Of a DNA stretch of 64,000 nt, positions 35,762-46,513 are shown piece by piece; the stretch's first letter is position 1, and each line of letters begins with the position of its first letter. The notes beneath the pieces are model-generated. The model made no database searches. It saw only the letters and a program-made list of their open reading frames with translations, and was not told where the DNA came from. The stretch lies in NCBI GenBank assembly GCA_024275075.1, contig JAJRZU010000054.1, positions 6,546 to 70,545 on the forward strand. The letters run 5' to 3'. The DNA comes from Deltaproteobacteria bacterium. Its GTDB lineage: Bacteria > Desulfobacterota > JAJRXV01. The position numbers and the translations under genes are program-made.

Positions 35762-37633
35762 TTGGGTTGGGATCATGCCCGTCATGGAGATAAATTGAAA
35801 AGATTTTATAAGATCATTATAATAATATTTGTTATTATCTGCTTCAAATGTTCATTGCTCTTTTCCGCCGGGCAGGGAAACGCCGGTGACCAGAACGCTA
35901 AAGTAGCCGATAGCGATACTCCAATCAAGGCTGATTCTCAGCAGCAGTATACCGACGTCAACAAGAAGATCCTGAACATCGGCGGCGCATACTACCATTC
36001 AGTAAAGAAGGGTGACACGATTTGGGGCATATTGATGAGAGAGAACCAGACCGACCCGAACTATTACAACTATTACATGAAGGAGCTTTTACGGTTAAAC
36101 CCGCAGATAAAGGATGCGAACAGGATAGAGGTGGGAGACAAGCTCCTTATACCCGATATCGTACATAAGAGGAAGTGGAAACCACCAAAGAAAGCGAAGA
36201 AAAGGAAGAAAGCGCCGAAGAAGCTGACGGTAAAAAAGGAGACGGCGCCTAAGGAGAAGGATGCCAGGAAAGAGCCTGAGACGGTAGTCAGTAAAAAGAT
36301 AACGGAGCCGCCGAAGGAGACGGAAAAACCCAAAGAAGATAAAAAGAAGATCTCAAAGCCCAAGGTCAAGCAACCGAAGCAGAAACCTAAGAAGAAAGAA
36401 GATGAAGCAAAAATAACGAAGAAGACGAAGAAGGAACCAAAGAAGGTTGAAGAGAAGATAAAAGTAAAAAGTAACACAGGTAGTGCGCCGAAAGTGGCTA
36501 TTTCTACTGAGTACGTCAGTAATCAAAGCGGCAGCGGTATTGGCGGCGGCAGTGCGATAATGGGTACTGATCTGAAAGACGCGCTGTCGGCGGCGGGCGG
36601 GAACGTATCGACGAAGGGGGTCACCTTCTTCCCGGTCACCGGCGGCAAATCGCTACGGCTGAACAACGCGAATACGCCTCTCGTGTACAGCGGCAACAAG
36701 AAGGTCGTCCTGGATTACGGTAACAAGATCAGCGACAAGGTCGAGGACTATATCAGGCAAAAGTTCAAGTACTATGATTTCGTCAATGTCGATGCGGGTG
36801 ACAGCGACAAGGTCATCATCGGTAAGGTGCTCAAAGCGTCGGGCTACTATTCCATCCGCGAGAACAAGGATATCAAGATCGGCGCTAATGTGAAGCTTGT
36901 GGTGTCTTATGACTGGCTGGTGGAGAGGGGGCCGGACAGCTTCCTTGGCGGTGACGTCAGGCTCCTTAAATTAAGAGGCCGCGATGACGCGAAGGTACCG
37001 GATTATATCAGGGATTACCTTGAGAAATACGGGTTTTTCATAAAAGAGCTAAGGGTACTGAAAAAAGGGGAGAAGCTTAAGTCGCGCAAACGCTCTGGCA
37101 GGATCATCAGCATCGGCAAATCAAAGAGCGTCAGGAAAGTGATACGGAGCCTGTTACAGGTATATGGCATAAAATTCAAAGAGGGTGTCTCGCTCAAGTT
37201 CCACGATACCGACGAGACGATGATGCCGGCAAACTTCTATTTCGAGATCGATTCGAAGGTCAATATCGTGAACCTGGAGCCGGTGACGCCAAAGGCGCTG
37301 GAGCTGTCACAAAGCTACAAGATAAACCTCATTCAGCTTAATACGAAGACAGACCGCAAAGAGGTGACAAAAAAAGTCTTAAAGATGTTGCAAAAGGACT
37401 GTGAGTATGGTACTTTTAGATTGATAGAGGTAGAGGGTGGCAAGCCGTTTATCGATGTTGAATTGAAGGGGTTCTTGTTAGGCGGCACTCAAGTAAATGG
37501 AGAGCGGAGTAAGGGAGTCCCATATTATACATTACCGGTGGACAAGGAGAACGTTTTCATAACTTATTACAAGTTCCCGTCCACTATCAAACGTTACCTG
37601 ACCTTGCATGGTTACGTAATCGAGCAAAAGTAA
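35762..37633 (+). CDS. Secreted LysM-domain protein with Lys-rich (KKAKKRKK) linker and unknown C-terminal domain
   Basis: Signal peptide, LysM (YHSVKKGDTIWGI..LNPQI..IEVGDKLLIP), then roughly 130 aa of K/E/P-rich low-complexity sequence and a roughly 350-aa C-terminal domain. Confidence 0.65.
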   Translation: MGWDHARHGDKLKRFYKIIIIIFVIICFKCSLLFSAGQGNAGDQNAKVADSDTPIKADSQQQYTDVNKKILNIGGAYYHSVKKGDTIWGILMRENQTDPNYYNYYMKELLRLNPQIKDANRIEVGDKLLIPDIVHKRKWKPPKKAKKRKKAPKKLTVKKETAPKEKDARKEPETVVSKKITEPPKETEKPKEDKKKISKPKVKQPKQKPKKKEDEAKITKKTKKEPKKVEEKIKVKSNTGSAPKVAISTEYVSNQSGSGIGGGSAIMGTDLKDALSAAGGNVSTKGVTFFPVTGGKSLRLNNANTPLVYSGNKKVVLDYGNKISDKVEDYIRQKFKYYDFVNVDAGDSDKVIIGKVLKASGYYSIRENKDIKIGANVKLVVSYDWLVERGPDSFLGGDVRLLKLRGRDDAKVPDYIRDYLEKYGFFIKELRVLKKGEKLKSRKRSGRIISIGKSKSVRKVIRSLLQVYGIKFKEGVSLKFHDTDETMMPANFYFEIDSKVNIVNLEPVTPKALELSQSYKINLIQLNTKTDRKEVTKKVLKMLQKDCEYGTFRLIEVEGGKPFIDVELKGFLLGGTQVNGERSKGVPYYTLPVDKENVFITYYKFPSTIKRYLTLHGYVIEQK

Positions 37634-37637
37634 GAAC

Positions 37638-37928
37638 ATGGGCAATGAAGCGAAAGATAAAAAAGTATACTTCACCCTGGTAATCGTCTTTTCTCTTTTC
37701 ATGCTGTTCCTGACAATTTTCGGTGACCGCGGACTATGGGAGCTTAACAAGCTCAATAACATGCACGAGAGCATCAAAAAGAACATCCAGTCGGTAAAGA
37801 GCGAGAACGAGCGGTTATACGCTATGATCGGCAGGCTCAAGACCGACAAGCATGTTATTGAGAATATCGCGCGCAAGGATTTCGGTATGGTAAAAGAAGG
37901 TGAAATAGTATTTATTTTCCAAGACTAA
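37638..37928 (+). CDS. ftsB: Septum formation initiator FtsB/DivIC family
   Basis: 96 aa with N-terminal TM and coiled coil (LWELNKLNNMHESIKKNIQSVKSENERLYAMIGRLKTD) plus the C-terminal ARKDFGMV motif. Confidence 0.7.
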   Translation: MGNEAKDKKVYFTLVIVFSLFMLFLTIFGDRGLWELNKLNNMHESIKKNIQSVKSENERLYAMIGRLKTDKHVIENIARKDFGMVKEGEIVFIFQD

Positions 37929-37929
37929 C

Positions 37930-40101
37930 ATGTATGACCACACACCCATAAAGACGGACAGGCCAGATATCACAAGTTATATCAAAGAGATGCTTCGCGG
38001 CGCACCCAAGCATATCTTATATTTAATACCCGTTTATTTCATCATATTCTATGCGCTTATCGTCACCGGTTACTTCCCTTACATCAAGGAATTCAAGAAC
38101 CTGCATTTCGCGCTGGTAGTAATACTGCTGGTGATACCAATAGCGCTCGTCTTTATGCGCTTCTTTATGACAGAGAAGCGCAAGCTCATCCTTTTTTATC
38201 TCTATACCGCTTTCTTTCTGATCATTCAGGTGATGGTGCAGTCTACCGGTGGGCTTAGCTCCCCGCTTTACGCTCTTTTATACCTGATGATAATGCTTTA
38301 TCTCGCGACAAGTTCGCTGAAGAACACTTTGTTCTTTCTGACGCTCGCGATCGCCGGCGAGTCGATCATGGTCTCAAGGATGCCTGCTCTAAGTGAGAAC
38401 CTATTCAAGTTTCACACGCACAATTTCTTTTACCTCGTCTTTTTCACTATATTCTACTTCACATTTTTGCATGAGAATAAGCAAAAAGACCGCTACCGGC
38501 TCCTTTTGAAGACCTATGAAGGGCTCGATGATGACACGCGTGATATAAATACAAAAGAGGAAGTCGATGTGACGGCTCTATCCGAACAGGGGCGAGCGCG
38601 CCATAAGATACATGTCACGCAGAAGTTAAACGATAAGATATATGAGATCCTGTATAAAATTAAGGACATTATCCATCCGTTCACCATAATGTACTTGGAG
38701 ATAGATATCGCCGAGGGCAAGTTCTTCATCAAGGAGGTCATCTCTGAGAGCGACTATATAAACTATAACCTCGATGTGAACACCAACTGGGGCTACCCTG
38801 GCTGGATCATGAAAAACAAGAGGGCGCTAAGCGTCAGCAACTTCGATAATGTCATCCCCGAGCTCTTCTACTACACCGCCGATGAGCTTATCAAGTCGCT
38901 TGTCATGGTGCCCGCTATGGAGGATGATAATGTGAAGGGCATTCTGCTTGCCGACAGCCGCGAGCTCCAGTACTTCACCAACAAGGAGGAGAGCCTTCTG
39001 TCTCTGGCGGCGTACCAGATAATGCAGGAGATCAGGAATTACAACATAGTGCGGGAGGTGGAATATAATGCGAAGGAATCGAGCGTACTTAACCAGCTCG
39101 GTAAGAGGCTGAACGCCTCGCTGGACTTAAGCGACACGATCCATGTGATGATATCGGCGATCGACGACCTCGTCAACTGCGAGCTGATCGCGGTGGTTTT
39201 TAATACCGATGATGATAAGCTGTGCAGGATCAACGCTGTCCGCGGCGAAAAGTTTGAAGGCCTGGTCGGTAAGGAGTTCAAGAAGGATGAGGGGATTTGC
39301 AGTTATGTCATCAGCAGGAAGAGGAAGATATTCTTTAAGGATTTATCTTTGGTGGCGGAGAAGAAGCGCGTATTTGACCGGTCTGTCAAGATAAAGGATA
39401 TGCAGACCGTTTTCATACTCCCGTTGATATCCAAGGATACCGCTTTCGGTGCCGTGTTAATAGCGTACAGGCAGCAGGCAGCCATGACATCCCACACGAT
39501 AAGCACGATTGAGACGCTGGTCAACCAGTCCGCGTCATCCATCGCCAACGCGAAGATGTACCTGAAGGTGGAGAGGATGGCGACCACGGACGGACTTACC
39601 GGCCTGTTTAACCACAGGTGCTTCCAGGAGAGGATCAACGAGGAGATGGAGCGCGTGGAGCGGTACCCTGAAAAGCTCTCCATACTGTTGATGGACATCG
39701 ACCATTTCAAGAAATTCAACGATACCTACGGGCACCCCGTCGGGGACAAGGTACTGAAAACCGCCGCAAGTATCTTCCAGAGCTCGCTTCGGAAAGTCGA
39801 CTTCGCGGCAAGGTACGGCGGCGAGGAGTTCGTCGCGATACTTATCAACACCGATAAAAAGGGCGCGATAAAAATGGGCGAACGTATCAGGAAGAACATC
39901 GCGCGTAAACAGGTAGAGATATCCAAAGAGAAAGTGAGCATCTCCGTCAGCATCGGTCTCGCCACATATCCTGATAACTCCAAAGATAAAAAGGGGATCA
40001 TCAACCTGGCGGACAAGGCGCTCTACTTCGCGAAGGAGACCGGCAGGAACAGGTGCGTGCACTACTCTGACATCACAGACGATGATACAAGCTCGGGTTA
40101 G
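37930..40101 (+). CDS. Membrane-anchored GAF-GGDEF diguanylate cyclase
   Basis: About 6 N-terminal TM helices, GAF-like regions and GGDEF (GLTGLFNHR..DIDHFKKFNDTYGH..RYGGEEF). Confidence 0.85.
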   Translation: MYDHTPIKTDRPDITSYIKEMLRGAPKHILYLIPVYFIIFYALIVTGYFPYIKEFKNLHFALVVILLVIPIALVFMRFFMTEKRKLILFYLYTAFFLIIQVMVQSTGGLSSPLYALLYLMIMLYLATSSLKNTLFFLTLAIAGESIMVSRMPALSENLFKFHTHNFFYLVFFTIFYFTFLHENKQKDRYRLLLKTYEGLDDDTRDINTKEEVDVTALSEQGRARHKIHVTQKLNDKIYEILYKIKDIIHPFTIMYLEIDIAEGKFFIKEVISESDYINYNLDVNTNWGYPGWIMKNKRALSVSNFDNVIPELFYYTADELIKSLVMVPAMEDDNVKGILLADSRELQYFTNKEESLLSLAAYQIMQEIRNYNIVREVEYNAKESSVLNQLGKRLNASLDLSDTIHVMISAIDDLVNCELIAVVFNTDDDKLCRINAVRGEKFEGLVGKEFKKDEGICSYVISRKRKIFFKDLSLVAEKKRVFDRSVKIKDMQTVFILPLISKDTAFGAVLIAYRQQAAMTSHTISTIETLVNQSASSIANAKMYLKVERMATTDGLTGLFNHRCFQERINEEMERVERYPEKLSILLMDIDHFKKFNDTYGHPVGDKVLKTAASIFQSSLRKVDFAARYGGEEFVAILINTDKKGAIKMGERIRKNIARKQVEISKEKVSISVSIGLATYPDNSKDKKGIINLADKALYFAKETGRNRCVHYSDITDDDTSSG

Positions 40102-40374
40102 GCGACAGTCATAACTCGATGATATAATTGTTTTTCTTCATATTATTGTTGCGTTGCGCTTCGCAACCTACACTGCTTGTAGCGCCTTTTGCTCAGCCTA
40201 AGATAAGTGAAATCGATCCTTCGCCCCATATTAACCTCCTTTTTTGGTTACATTTAATATGAGTCAATTCGTAAAAAAACACGCGAAAAAAACGGTTGCC
40301 TTTTTCTTAAATAATGTTTATATTACTGTAAGTAAAAGCTGTAAGTTAAAAAACAGATATGGCAGGAGAGTAAA

Positions 40375-40641
40375 TTGCCGATTTATGAGTATCGATGCAC
40401 AAGTTGTAACCACGAGTTTGAGGCCTTTCAGAAGATAACTGACGAGCCGGTCAAGACCTGTGAAAAGTGTAACGGGGCGGTTGAGAAACTTATCTCACAA
40501 TCTTCGTTCAGTTTAAAGGGTACTGGTTGGTATAAGACTGACTATGGGAATGGCGGCAGCGCGCCAAAAAGCAATTCATCTGAGAAAAAATGTGACGCGG
40601 CTGCAAGTGAATGTGCCGGCTGCCCATCAGCGCCAGAGTAA
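40375..40641 (+). CDS. FmdB-family zinc-ribbon protein
   Basis: [22 protein letters not shown] is the canonical FmdB CxxC..CxxC ribbon. Confidence 0.7.
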   Translation: MPIYEYRCTSCNHEFEAFQKITDEPVKTCEKCNGAVEKLISQSSFSLKGTGWYKTDYGNGGSAPKSNSSEKKCDAAASECAGCPSAPE

Positions 40642-40670
40642 CTGACACCAGAAATAACAATTAGAATACT

Positions 40671-41597
40671 ATGCAAGTTATAAAACATGATGATACATTT
40701 GAGCTTGGTCAAACGCAAAGTGTTGTATCTATAGGTAACTATGACGGGGTTCACATTGGGCACCGGTATATTCTAAATGAGCTGGTGTCAAAGAGCCGCC
40801 AAGGCGGATGCAAATCGATCGTGGTGACTTTCAAGCCGCACCCGAAAAGGTTCTTTTCAAAAAACGCCCCCTCCTTTCTGCTCACAAGTTTTGATGAGAA
40901 AATCGACATTATAAGCACGTACCCGATAGATTACCTTGTATACTTTACGTTTGATGAGGCGTTCGCGTCGGTAAGCGCCGCTGATTTCGTCAACAATATC
41001 TTAGTCAATAAGCTCAAAGTACGTGAAGTTATAGTCGGTTATGATTTCTTTTTCGGTAAGGGGCGTAGCGGCAACACATCGCTTCTGAAGAGATCGGGCG
41101 AAAAAAACGATTTCGATGTCACGATCATCGATGCCCGCAAGATTGATGACGAGCCGGTCAGCAGTACGCGCATCCGTAAGATGCTGCTGGCGGGCAGCGT
41201 GAGGAAAGCGGCGGAGTTCTTAGGGCGGCGTTACAGCCTCACCGGGGCAGTTGTCAAGGGTAAGGATATCGGCAGGAAGATAGGCTACCCAACTGCGAAT
41301 GTAAGCGCCGGAGATAAGATAATCCCCGCTGACGGGGTATACTCGGTGCGGCTGACCATCCAGGGGAATGTGTATCAGGGCGTGGCGAACATCGGGTACC
41401 AACCGACCTTCGGGGAGAACAAGCGTAGCGTGGAGGCTCATATCCTCAATTTCAATATGGAGCTACACGGCAAGAGCCTCACGATGGAGTTTGTTGACCG
41501 GTTACGGGATGAGAGGAAGTTTCAAAGTGTGCGGGCTCTGACCGACCAGATAAAAAACGATATCGAATCAGCCCGCGCGTCATTGACAAGCATCTAA
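40671..41597 (+). CDS. ribF: Bifunctional riboflavin kinase / FAD synthetase
   Basis: IGNYDGVHIGHRYIL (nucleotidyltransferase) and the C-terminal riboflavin-kinase motif (GYPTAN..; HILNF). Confidence 0.9.
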   Translation: MQVIKHDDTFELGQTQSVVSIGNYDGVHIGHRYILNELVSKSRQGGCKSIVVTFKPHPKRFFSKNAPSFLLTSFDEKIDIISTYPIDYLVYFTFDEAFASVSAADFVNNILVNKLKVREVIVGYDFFFGKGRSGNTSLLKRSGEKNDFDVTIIDARKIDDEPVSSTRIRKMLLAGSVRKAAEFLGRRYSLTGAVVKGKDIGRKIGYPTANVSAGDKIIPADGVYSVRLTIQGNVYQGVANIGYQPTFGENKRSVEAHILNFNMELHGKSLTMEFVDRLRDERKFQSVRALTDQIKNDIESARASLTSI

Positions 41598-42604
41598 TGA
41601 AAAAGAAGACAGCGATAAGCATCATCATCAGCGCGGTATTCCTGTACATAGCGCTAAAAGGCGTTTCGCCGGGCGAACTTGCCGCCGCCCTGAAGAAGGG
41701 CAACTACTTGTACATGATACCCGCGATAGCTGTCATGTACCTGCTTTTCATCGTCCGCTCTCTTCGCTGGTACTACTTGGTCAAACCGATCAAGGAAGCG
41801 AGCTTTGCGAACCTGTTTAACGCGACGATAATCGGCTTTATGGCGAACAATATATTCCCCGCCCGCATCGGTGAGTTCGTGAGGGCGAACATCCTTGGCA
41901 ATGACGAAAAGGTGAGCAAGTCATCGGTCTTTGCAACGATAGTGATAGAGCGGCTATTCGACGGCATGACTATCCTTTTGATACTGCTGGTCACGTTTTT
42001 CACGGTAGATCTGACATCCAGGCTCTCTTATGACGTCGCGCAGAACCTGAAGAAAGTAGCGTATGGCGCGTTTTTACTTTATATTGGTGTGATCGCCTTC
42101 ATCTACCTTTTGCATTCAAAGTATGAGCTGGCGCAAAAGATAATATCAACTGTACTGAAACCCTTCCCTGAAACGTTTTTAAATTTCGTACAAAAGATAG
42201 TGGTATCGTTCAAAGCCGGCCTGAAAATCGAAAAAGACCCGAAAAATATCGCGATAATAGTATTTTATTCACTTTTACACTGGATTTTTTGCGCGTTTCC
42301 GATATATATTATATTAAAGGGGTTCGGGTATACGCTCCCGCTTGAAGCCGCTTATGTGATTCTCATAATGAAGGCGTTCGCGGTGATGGTGCCAGCGGCG
42401 CCGGGTTACATCGGCACTCTGAACGTAGCGGTCATATACGCTCTGACATTCTACGGCGTACCGAAGAATGAAGGGGTCAGCGTCTCGTTAATAATCTACC
42501 TGGTGGACTTTTTGCCACCGGTTATGTTAGGCTTCATATTGCTCTGGCGAAAGAATCTATCGATAAAGGGTATCGAGGATACTAACGAAATAGAACAGGA
42601 TTAA
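41597..42604 (+). CDS. Flippase-like / lysylphosphatidylglycerol-synthase TM-region family membrane protein (UPF0104)
   Basis: Eight TM helices with the IGFMANNIFPARIGEFVRANIL signature. Confidence 0.6.
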   Translation: MKKKTAISIIISAVFLYIALKGVSPGELAAALKKGNYLYMIPAIAVMYLLFIVRSLRWYYLVKPIKEASFANLFNATIIGFMANNIFPARIGEFVRANILGNDEKVSKSSVFATIVIERLFDGMTILLILLVTFFTVDLTSRLSYDVAQNLKKVAYGAFLLYIGVIAFIYLLHSKYELAQKIISTVLKPFPETFLNFVQKIVVSFKAGLKIEKDPKNIAIIVFYSLLHWIFCAFPIYIILKGFGYTLPLEAAYVILIMKAFAVMVPAAPGYIGTLNVAVIYALTFYGVPKNEGVSVSLIIYLVDFLPPVMLGFILLWRKNLSIKGIEDTNEIEQD

Positions 42605-42610
42605 ATAAAT

Positions 42611-43471
42611 ATGAGTAATAACTGTGAGTTAAGGGCAATAGCGATATACGGATTCCCGATCGCGCACTCATTATCACCTGTGATGCATAATGCCGGGTTT
42701 AAGGAGCTTGGCGTAAACTACACGTATTTACCATTCAGGGTGCATCCCGCCGACTTGAAGGACGCCATTACCGCAATAAAAGCTCTTGATTTCAAAGGGG
42801 CTAACATCACCGTTCCGCATAAAGAGGAGGCGCTTGACCTGCTGGATGAGGTGACCGAGGACGCGTTCATCATCGGTGCGGTGAACACGATCGATAACGT
42901 TGGCGGCAGGCTTGTCGGTTATAACACGGACTGCCGCGGTTTCGTGCTCGCGCTAAAAGAGGCGGGCGTCACCAGGCTCAACAAGCAAAAGGCGGTAATA
43001 CTTGGCGCCGGCGGCGCGTCGAAAGCCGCGTGTGTCGGGCTGCTGCGGGAGCAGGTGAAGCGGCTTGTCATAGCGAACAGGACACTGCGCAAGGCGGAGC
43101 TGATACGCGATAATTTCAAGAAGAGTTTCCCGCGGGCAAAAATAAGTGTCTGCCCGCTCAGACCAGAAGAGCTGGGGTCAGAGTTTGAGGACTGCGGCCT
43201 TTTAGTCAACACCACGTCAGTCGGTATGAATAACGACTGCCTGAACCTGCCGCTTGATTCGCTGAATAAAGACGCCTTGGTCTATGACATGGTGTATAAC
43301 CCACCGAAGACGAAGCTTTTGAAGAGGGCAGAGAAACTTGGCCTGAAAACACAAAACGGTCTGGACATGCTCCTTTATCAGGGTGTCTTGGGCTTCGAGA
43401 TATGGACGAAGCGCACCGCACCGGCGGCAGTCATGAAGGAAGCTCTTTATAAAGCCGCTTATACTAAATAA
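42611..43471 (+). CDS. aroE: Shikimate dehydrogenase
   Basis: YGFPIAHSLSPVMHNAGF..NITVPHKEEA..NTDCRGF..GAGGASKA motifs. Confidence 0.85.
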   Translation: MSNNCELRAIAIYGFPIAHSLSPVMHNAGFKELGVNYTYLPFRVHPADLKDAITAIKALDFKGANITVPHKEEALDLLDEVTEDAFIIGAVNTIDNVGGRLVGYNTDCRGFVLALKEAGVTRLNKQKAVILGAGGASKAACVGLLREQVKRLVIANRTLRKAELIRDNFKKSFPRAKISVCPLRPEELGSEFEDCGLLVNTTSVGMNNDCLNLPLDSLNKDALVYDMVYNPPKTKLLKRAEKLGLKTQNGLDMLLYQGVLGFEIWTKRTAPAAVMKEALYKAAYTK

Positions 43472-43480
43472 TTAACAAAC

Positions 43481-45355
43481 TCACACTTTAAACTTACTGG
43501 TGAACTCTGACAATCTGACCGACAGTTCCGAGAGCTCATTCGCACCGCTTGCGATCTGCTCAGTCGTCGCGGACAGCTCATCTGTCGAGGATGAGTTTTT
43601 CGCCGCTATCTCAGATAATGTAATAGAAAGATCATTTACCACTTTGATCTTATCATTCTGCTCATCAGTGGAGACTGCGATACCATTAATAATCGCCACA
43701 GCGGCATCTATGCTGGTCGTTATCTTCTCTAAAGCCTCTTCCGCACGCTTGGCCACCTTTACGCCTTGAGACACTTTTGCGTTGCTCTGGTCGATCAGAG
43801 ACACTATCTCCTTTGTAGAGAGCGCCGATTTTTCAGCGAGCTTGCGCACTTCGTCGGCGACGACAGCAAACCCCTTCCCCTGCTCACCGGCTTTTGCCGC
43901 CTCGATCGCGGCATTAAGCGCCAACAGGTTAGTCTGGCTGGAGATATCTGTAATTACATCTATAATCGTTTGAATCTTTTTAGAGCTCGACTCTATTTCA
44001 AGGATTCCCTTGATCGTGTTCTTCACCGCGACATTACCCTCATGCGCCGCGGTCTTCGTGCTTAGCGAAATTTCAGAAGCTTTATTTGTATTTGTCAATA
44101 TTGTACCGGCTAATTTACTAAGGTCTTCTAAAGCGCTATTCGATTTATTGACCTCGTTCGCCTGCATACCCGCGTCATTTGAGATATCCTGACAGGATGT
44201 AGATATCTCCTCGATGCTGGCCGACATCTCTTCCGCCGCCGCGGACACGTTGACCGATAACTCCTGCACCTCTGTCACAAAACTGCTTAAAGTACCTTTC
44301 ATCTTATTCAATGAAGTAGATAACGCCGCTATCTCATCTTCTGAATCAACCGTTATGTCAGCAATGGCAAGGTCATGATTGGCGATTGCGTCAGCCGCGC
44401 CGACAACATTATTCACAGCCTTGATGATCTCATTTGTCACTGAGTAGATCAGGATAAACAGTATCAGCGTGCAAAGGATACCCAATACGATATTGGTCAA
44501 CAATACAGACCTTTTTGCCGCTATGTTCGCGGATGTATCAAACCCGACACCTAAGTAAACCGCCTCCCCCAATAATGATTTATACGCGAATTTAATAGCA
44601 GCGTCACCGGCGTTAACACTATCATAATAAACGCCCTGCTCACTGTTATCATTGAATATTGATTGATTAAATGCCTGGTCGTTCAATGTAGAAGCGATCA
44701 CGCTATCCTTACTCACAAGCTGGAGCTCGTATTTATTCATACCGCTTTCCTTCAGGCCGTCCAGGAAGTGCTTGTCCAGCTTTTTCACAAACACTATCGC
44801 GCCGACAACGCTGTCCACGTCCAGGATAGGGCCTGCGGCAATAATAGAGACGCCATTATCGTCCTTGACAATGGCAGCCTTTATTATTTTCGACAGCTCC
44901 CCTCTGCGGTCAGAGATGGTGTCGGTTTTTACAATGGCGTCAAGGCTCCCATAAGGTAGCTTATCCCCTTTCTCCTTGGAGCCGCTACGAAGCGAGACAG
45001 TTTTATCCTTATTTACCAGCATTATTTCATTAACATCAGTAAGTGATATCAAATCCTGCATGAAACTAAGGATAAACTCCTCGTCACCCGCCATATAGCT
45101 GAAGTATCCATCATACAGGTCGGCCTGAATAGAGGTCAACTTTACGTTAGCTTTTAACGCCTCCTGCTTTTCTTTTATGCTGCTAAGAAAAATATCAGCT
45201 TTTGAACGGATAAATTCATCCTCATTCGCATTCAATGAAGACGTTATCTGAATGATCACAGCGACACCAAATATGACAAACGAGACAGCGATAAAGATCA
45301 CCGGCAATGTCAACAGCTTGGTCTTTAAGCTCGCTTTTTTAAGCAGATTCAGCAT
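43481..45355 (-). CDS. Methyl-accepting chemotaxis protein (periplasmic sensor domain, HAMP, MCP signalling domain)
   Basis: Two TM helices bracket a roughly 270-aa sensor domain, followed by the highly conserved MCP core ([36 protein letters not shown]). Confidence 0.9.
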   Translation of the reverse strand: MLNLLKKASLKTKLLTLPVIFIAVSFVIFGVAVIIQITSSLNANEDEFIRSKADIFLSSIKEKQEALKANVKLTSIQADLYDGYFSYMAGDEEFILSFMQDLISLTDVNEIMLVNKDKTVSLRSGSKEKGDKLPYGSLDAIVKTDTISDRRGELSKIIKAAIVKDDNGVSIIAAGPILDVDSVVGAIVFVKKLDKHFLDGLKESGMNKYELQLVSKDSVIASTLNDQAFNQSIFNDNSEQGVYYDSVNAGDAAIKFAYKSLLGEAVYLGVGFDTSANIAAKRSVLLTNIVLGILCTLILFILIYSVTNEIIKAVNNVVGAADAIANHDLAIADITVDSEDEIAALSTSLNKMKGTLSSFVTEVQELSVNVSAAAEEMSASIEEISTSCQDISNDAGMQANEVNKSNSALEDLSKLAGTILTNTNKASEISLSTKTAAHEGNVAVKNTIKGILEIESSSKKIQTIIDVITDISSQTNLLALNAAIEAAKAGEQGKGFAVVADEVRKLAEKSALSTKEIVSLIDQSNAKVSQGVKVAKRAEEALEKITTSIDAAVAIINGIAVSTDEQNDKIKVVNDLSITLSEIAAKNSSSTDELSATTEQIASGANELSELSVRLSEFTSKFKV

Positions 45356-45384
45356 ACAGTTAATACCCCTTGTTTAATCTTATT

Positions 45385-46170
45385 CTATTTAAAGTGTTTC
45401 TGGGTCTCTTCCTTGTTTAGAAAGTCAATCATCTTTTGCACTTTCTCTGAAGGGGCGCCGACTGTGATGAGCGCCAGCGGTCTTGAGATAGTATCAGTTT
45501 TTATTATTTTCACTTTCTTTGAGCTCAGCTTGACAAAACCTTCGGAAACCGCACCGATAGCCCCTTTAAATTTCACGACTTCATTGATCTCTTTCCTCGT
45601 ACTCTTTACGATCTTAGCATTCTCTATGTAAGGCTCCTTCTTCATAACGATATCCTGGTACACTTTCTTTGTCGAACTGCCCGCATGGCTCGTAACGACA
45701 ATGATCGGCAAGTCATCGCCGCCAACATCCTTCCAGTTGGTGATCTTACCGGTATTGATATCTTTTAACTGATCGAACGTCAGCTCAGTTACCGGATTCT
45801 TCACATTCACTATAGGGACTATAATGTCCTCGACGATCTTATGGAATTGCAGGTTATCCGGGATCTCCACTTCTGGCTTGCCGGCCTTTTTCCGCACTTT
45901 CTGCGCGGATTTTATGCTGCCCTCAAGGTTGTTCGATGTCAGGCTCGCCGGCGTCTTGCCGTCTAACAGCGCCAAAAGACCCTTACCGGTACCAACCCCC
46001 ATAACGGTCACTTTTATTCCCGTCTCCTTCTCAAACATATCCGCAGTCGGTTCTATCATCCTCTTTTGACACGTTGTACTCCCCCACAAGGTAAGCTCAC
46101 CCGCGAAACAGAAACTGATACTAAACGCAGTGATAATGAGACTCATAAACATCACACCGGCTCTTTTCAT
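45385..46170 (-). CDS. PstS-like periplasmic phosphate/anion-binding protein (PBP superfamily)
   Basis: Start at Met 46170 (AGGAGGG RBS), then signal peptide and the GSTT....GTGKG binding-site pattern of PstS-type proteins. Confidence 0.55.
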   Translation of the reverse strand: MKRAGVMFMSLIITAFSISFCFAGELTLWGSTTCQKRMIEPTADMFEKETGIKVTVMGVGTGKGLLALLDGKTPASLTSNNLEGSIKSAQKVRKKAGKPEVEIPDNLQFHKIVEDIIVPIVNVKNPVTELTFDQLKDINTGKITNWKDVGGDDLPIIVVTSHAGSSTKKVYQDIVMKKEPYIENAKIVKSTRKEINEVVKFKGAIGAVSEGFVKLSSKKVKIIKTDTISRPLALITVGAPSEKVQKMIDFLNKEETQKHFK

Positions 46171-46478
46171 GACACCCCTCCTATAATGGTTTTTAATCAA
46201 GCGACCATTTTGCATAAAGTATCCAGACACCTACAGGACTCTATGGTCACACGACTTTATTGATTGGCTTTTAAAAAATTTAACGTAAAAAAACGTTTTG
46301 TCAAGGAGGGCTGAAAAAAAGTTGTACTGGTCTTGAATGGTTAAAAAAAACAGCGGTAGTAGCTGGCAGTGACGGGATGCTGCGTTTAAAACGGTGTATT
46401 CCTTCGCCGGAATGCAGGTTTGAGAATTTAGAGCAAAGAATGAGTCTTTGCAGGTATCTCAGATAAAAATAAAACAAA

Positions 46479-46507
46479 AAAGGGAGAATATCGCATCTCC
46501 CTTTTTG
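46479..46507. terminator. Bidirectional rho-independent terminator (AAAAGGGAGA-loop-TCTCCCTTTTT)
   Basis: Perfect 6-bp GC-rich stem with flanking A/T tracts, just downstream of the minus-strand tetraheme cytochrome gene. Confidence 0.55.
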
Positions 46508-46513
46508 AATTTA

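Noticed and set aside
40143-40229. 27-aa highly basic minus-strand peptide (MGRRIDFTYLRLSKRRYKQCRLRSATQQ) with an AAGGAGGT RBS
   Set aside because: It overlaps a GTTGCG..CGCAAC hairpin that more likely serves as the GGDEF gene terminator. No conservation evidence; probably spurious.
40244-40438. 64-aa ORF overlapping the start of the FmdB gene in another frame
   Set aside because: The FmdB-family zinc-ribbon ORF (40375..40641) is clearly the real gene. The overlapping ORF lacks RBS and motif support.
46250-46275. Sigma-54-like TGGATA-N-TGCA upstream of the PstS-like gene (minus strand)
   Set aside because: GG-to-GC spacing is 10 rather than 11 and the -12 element is poor.
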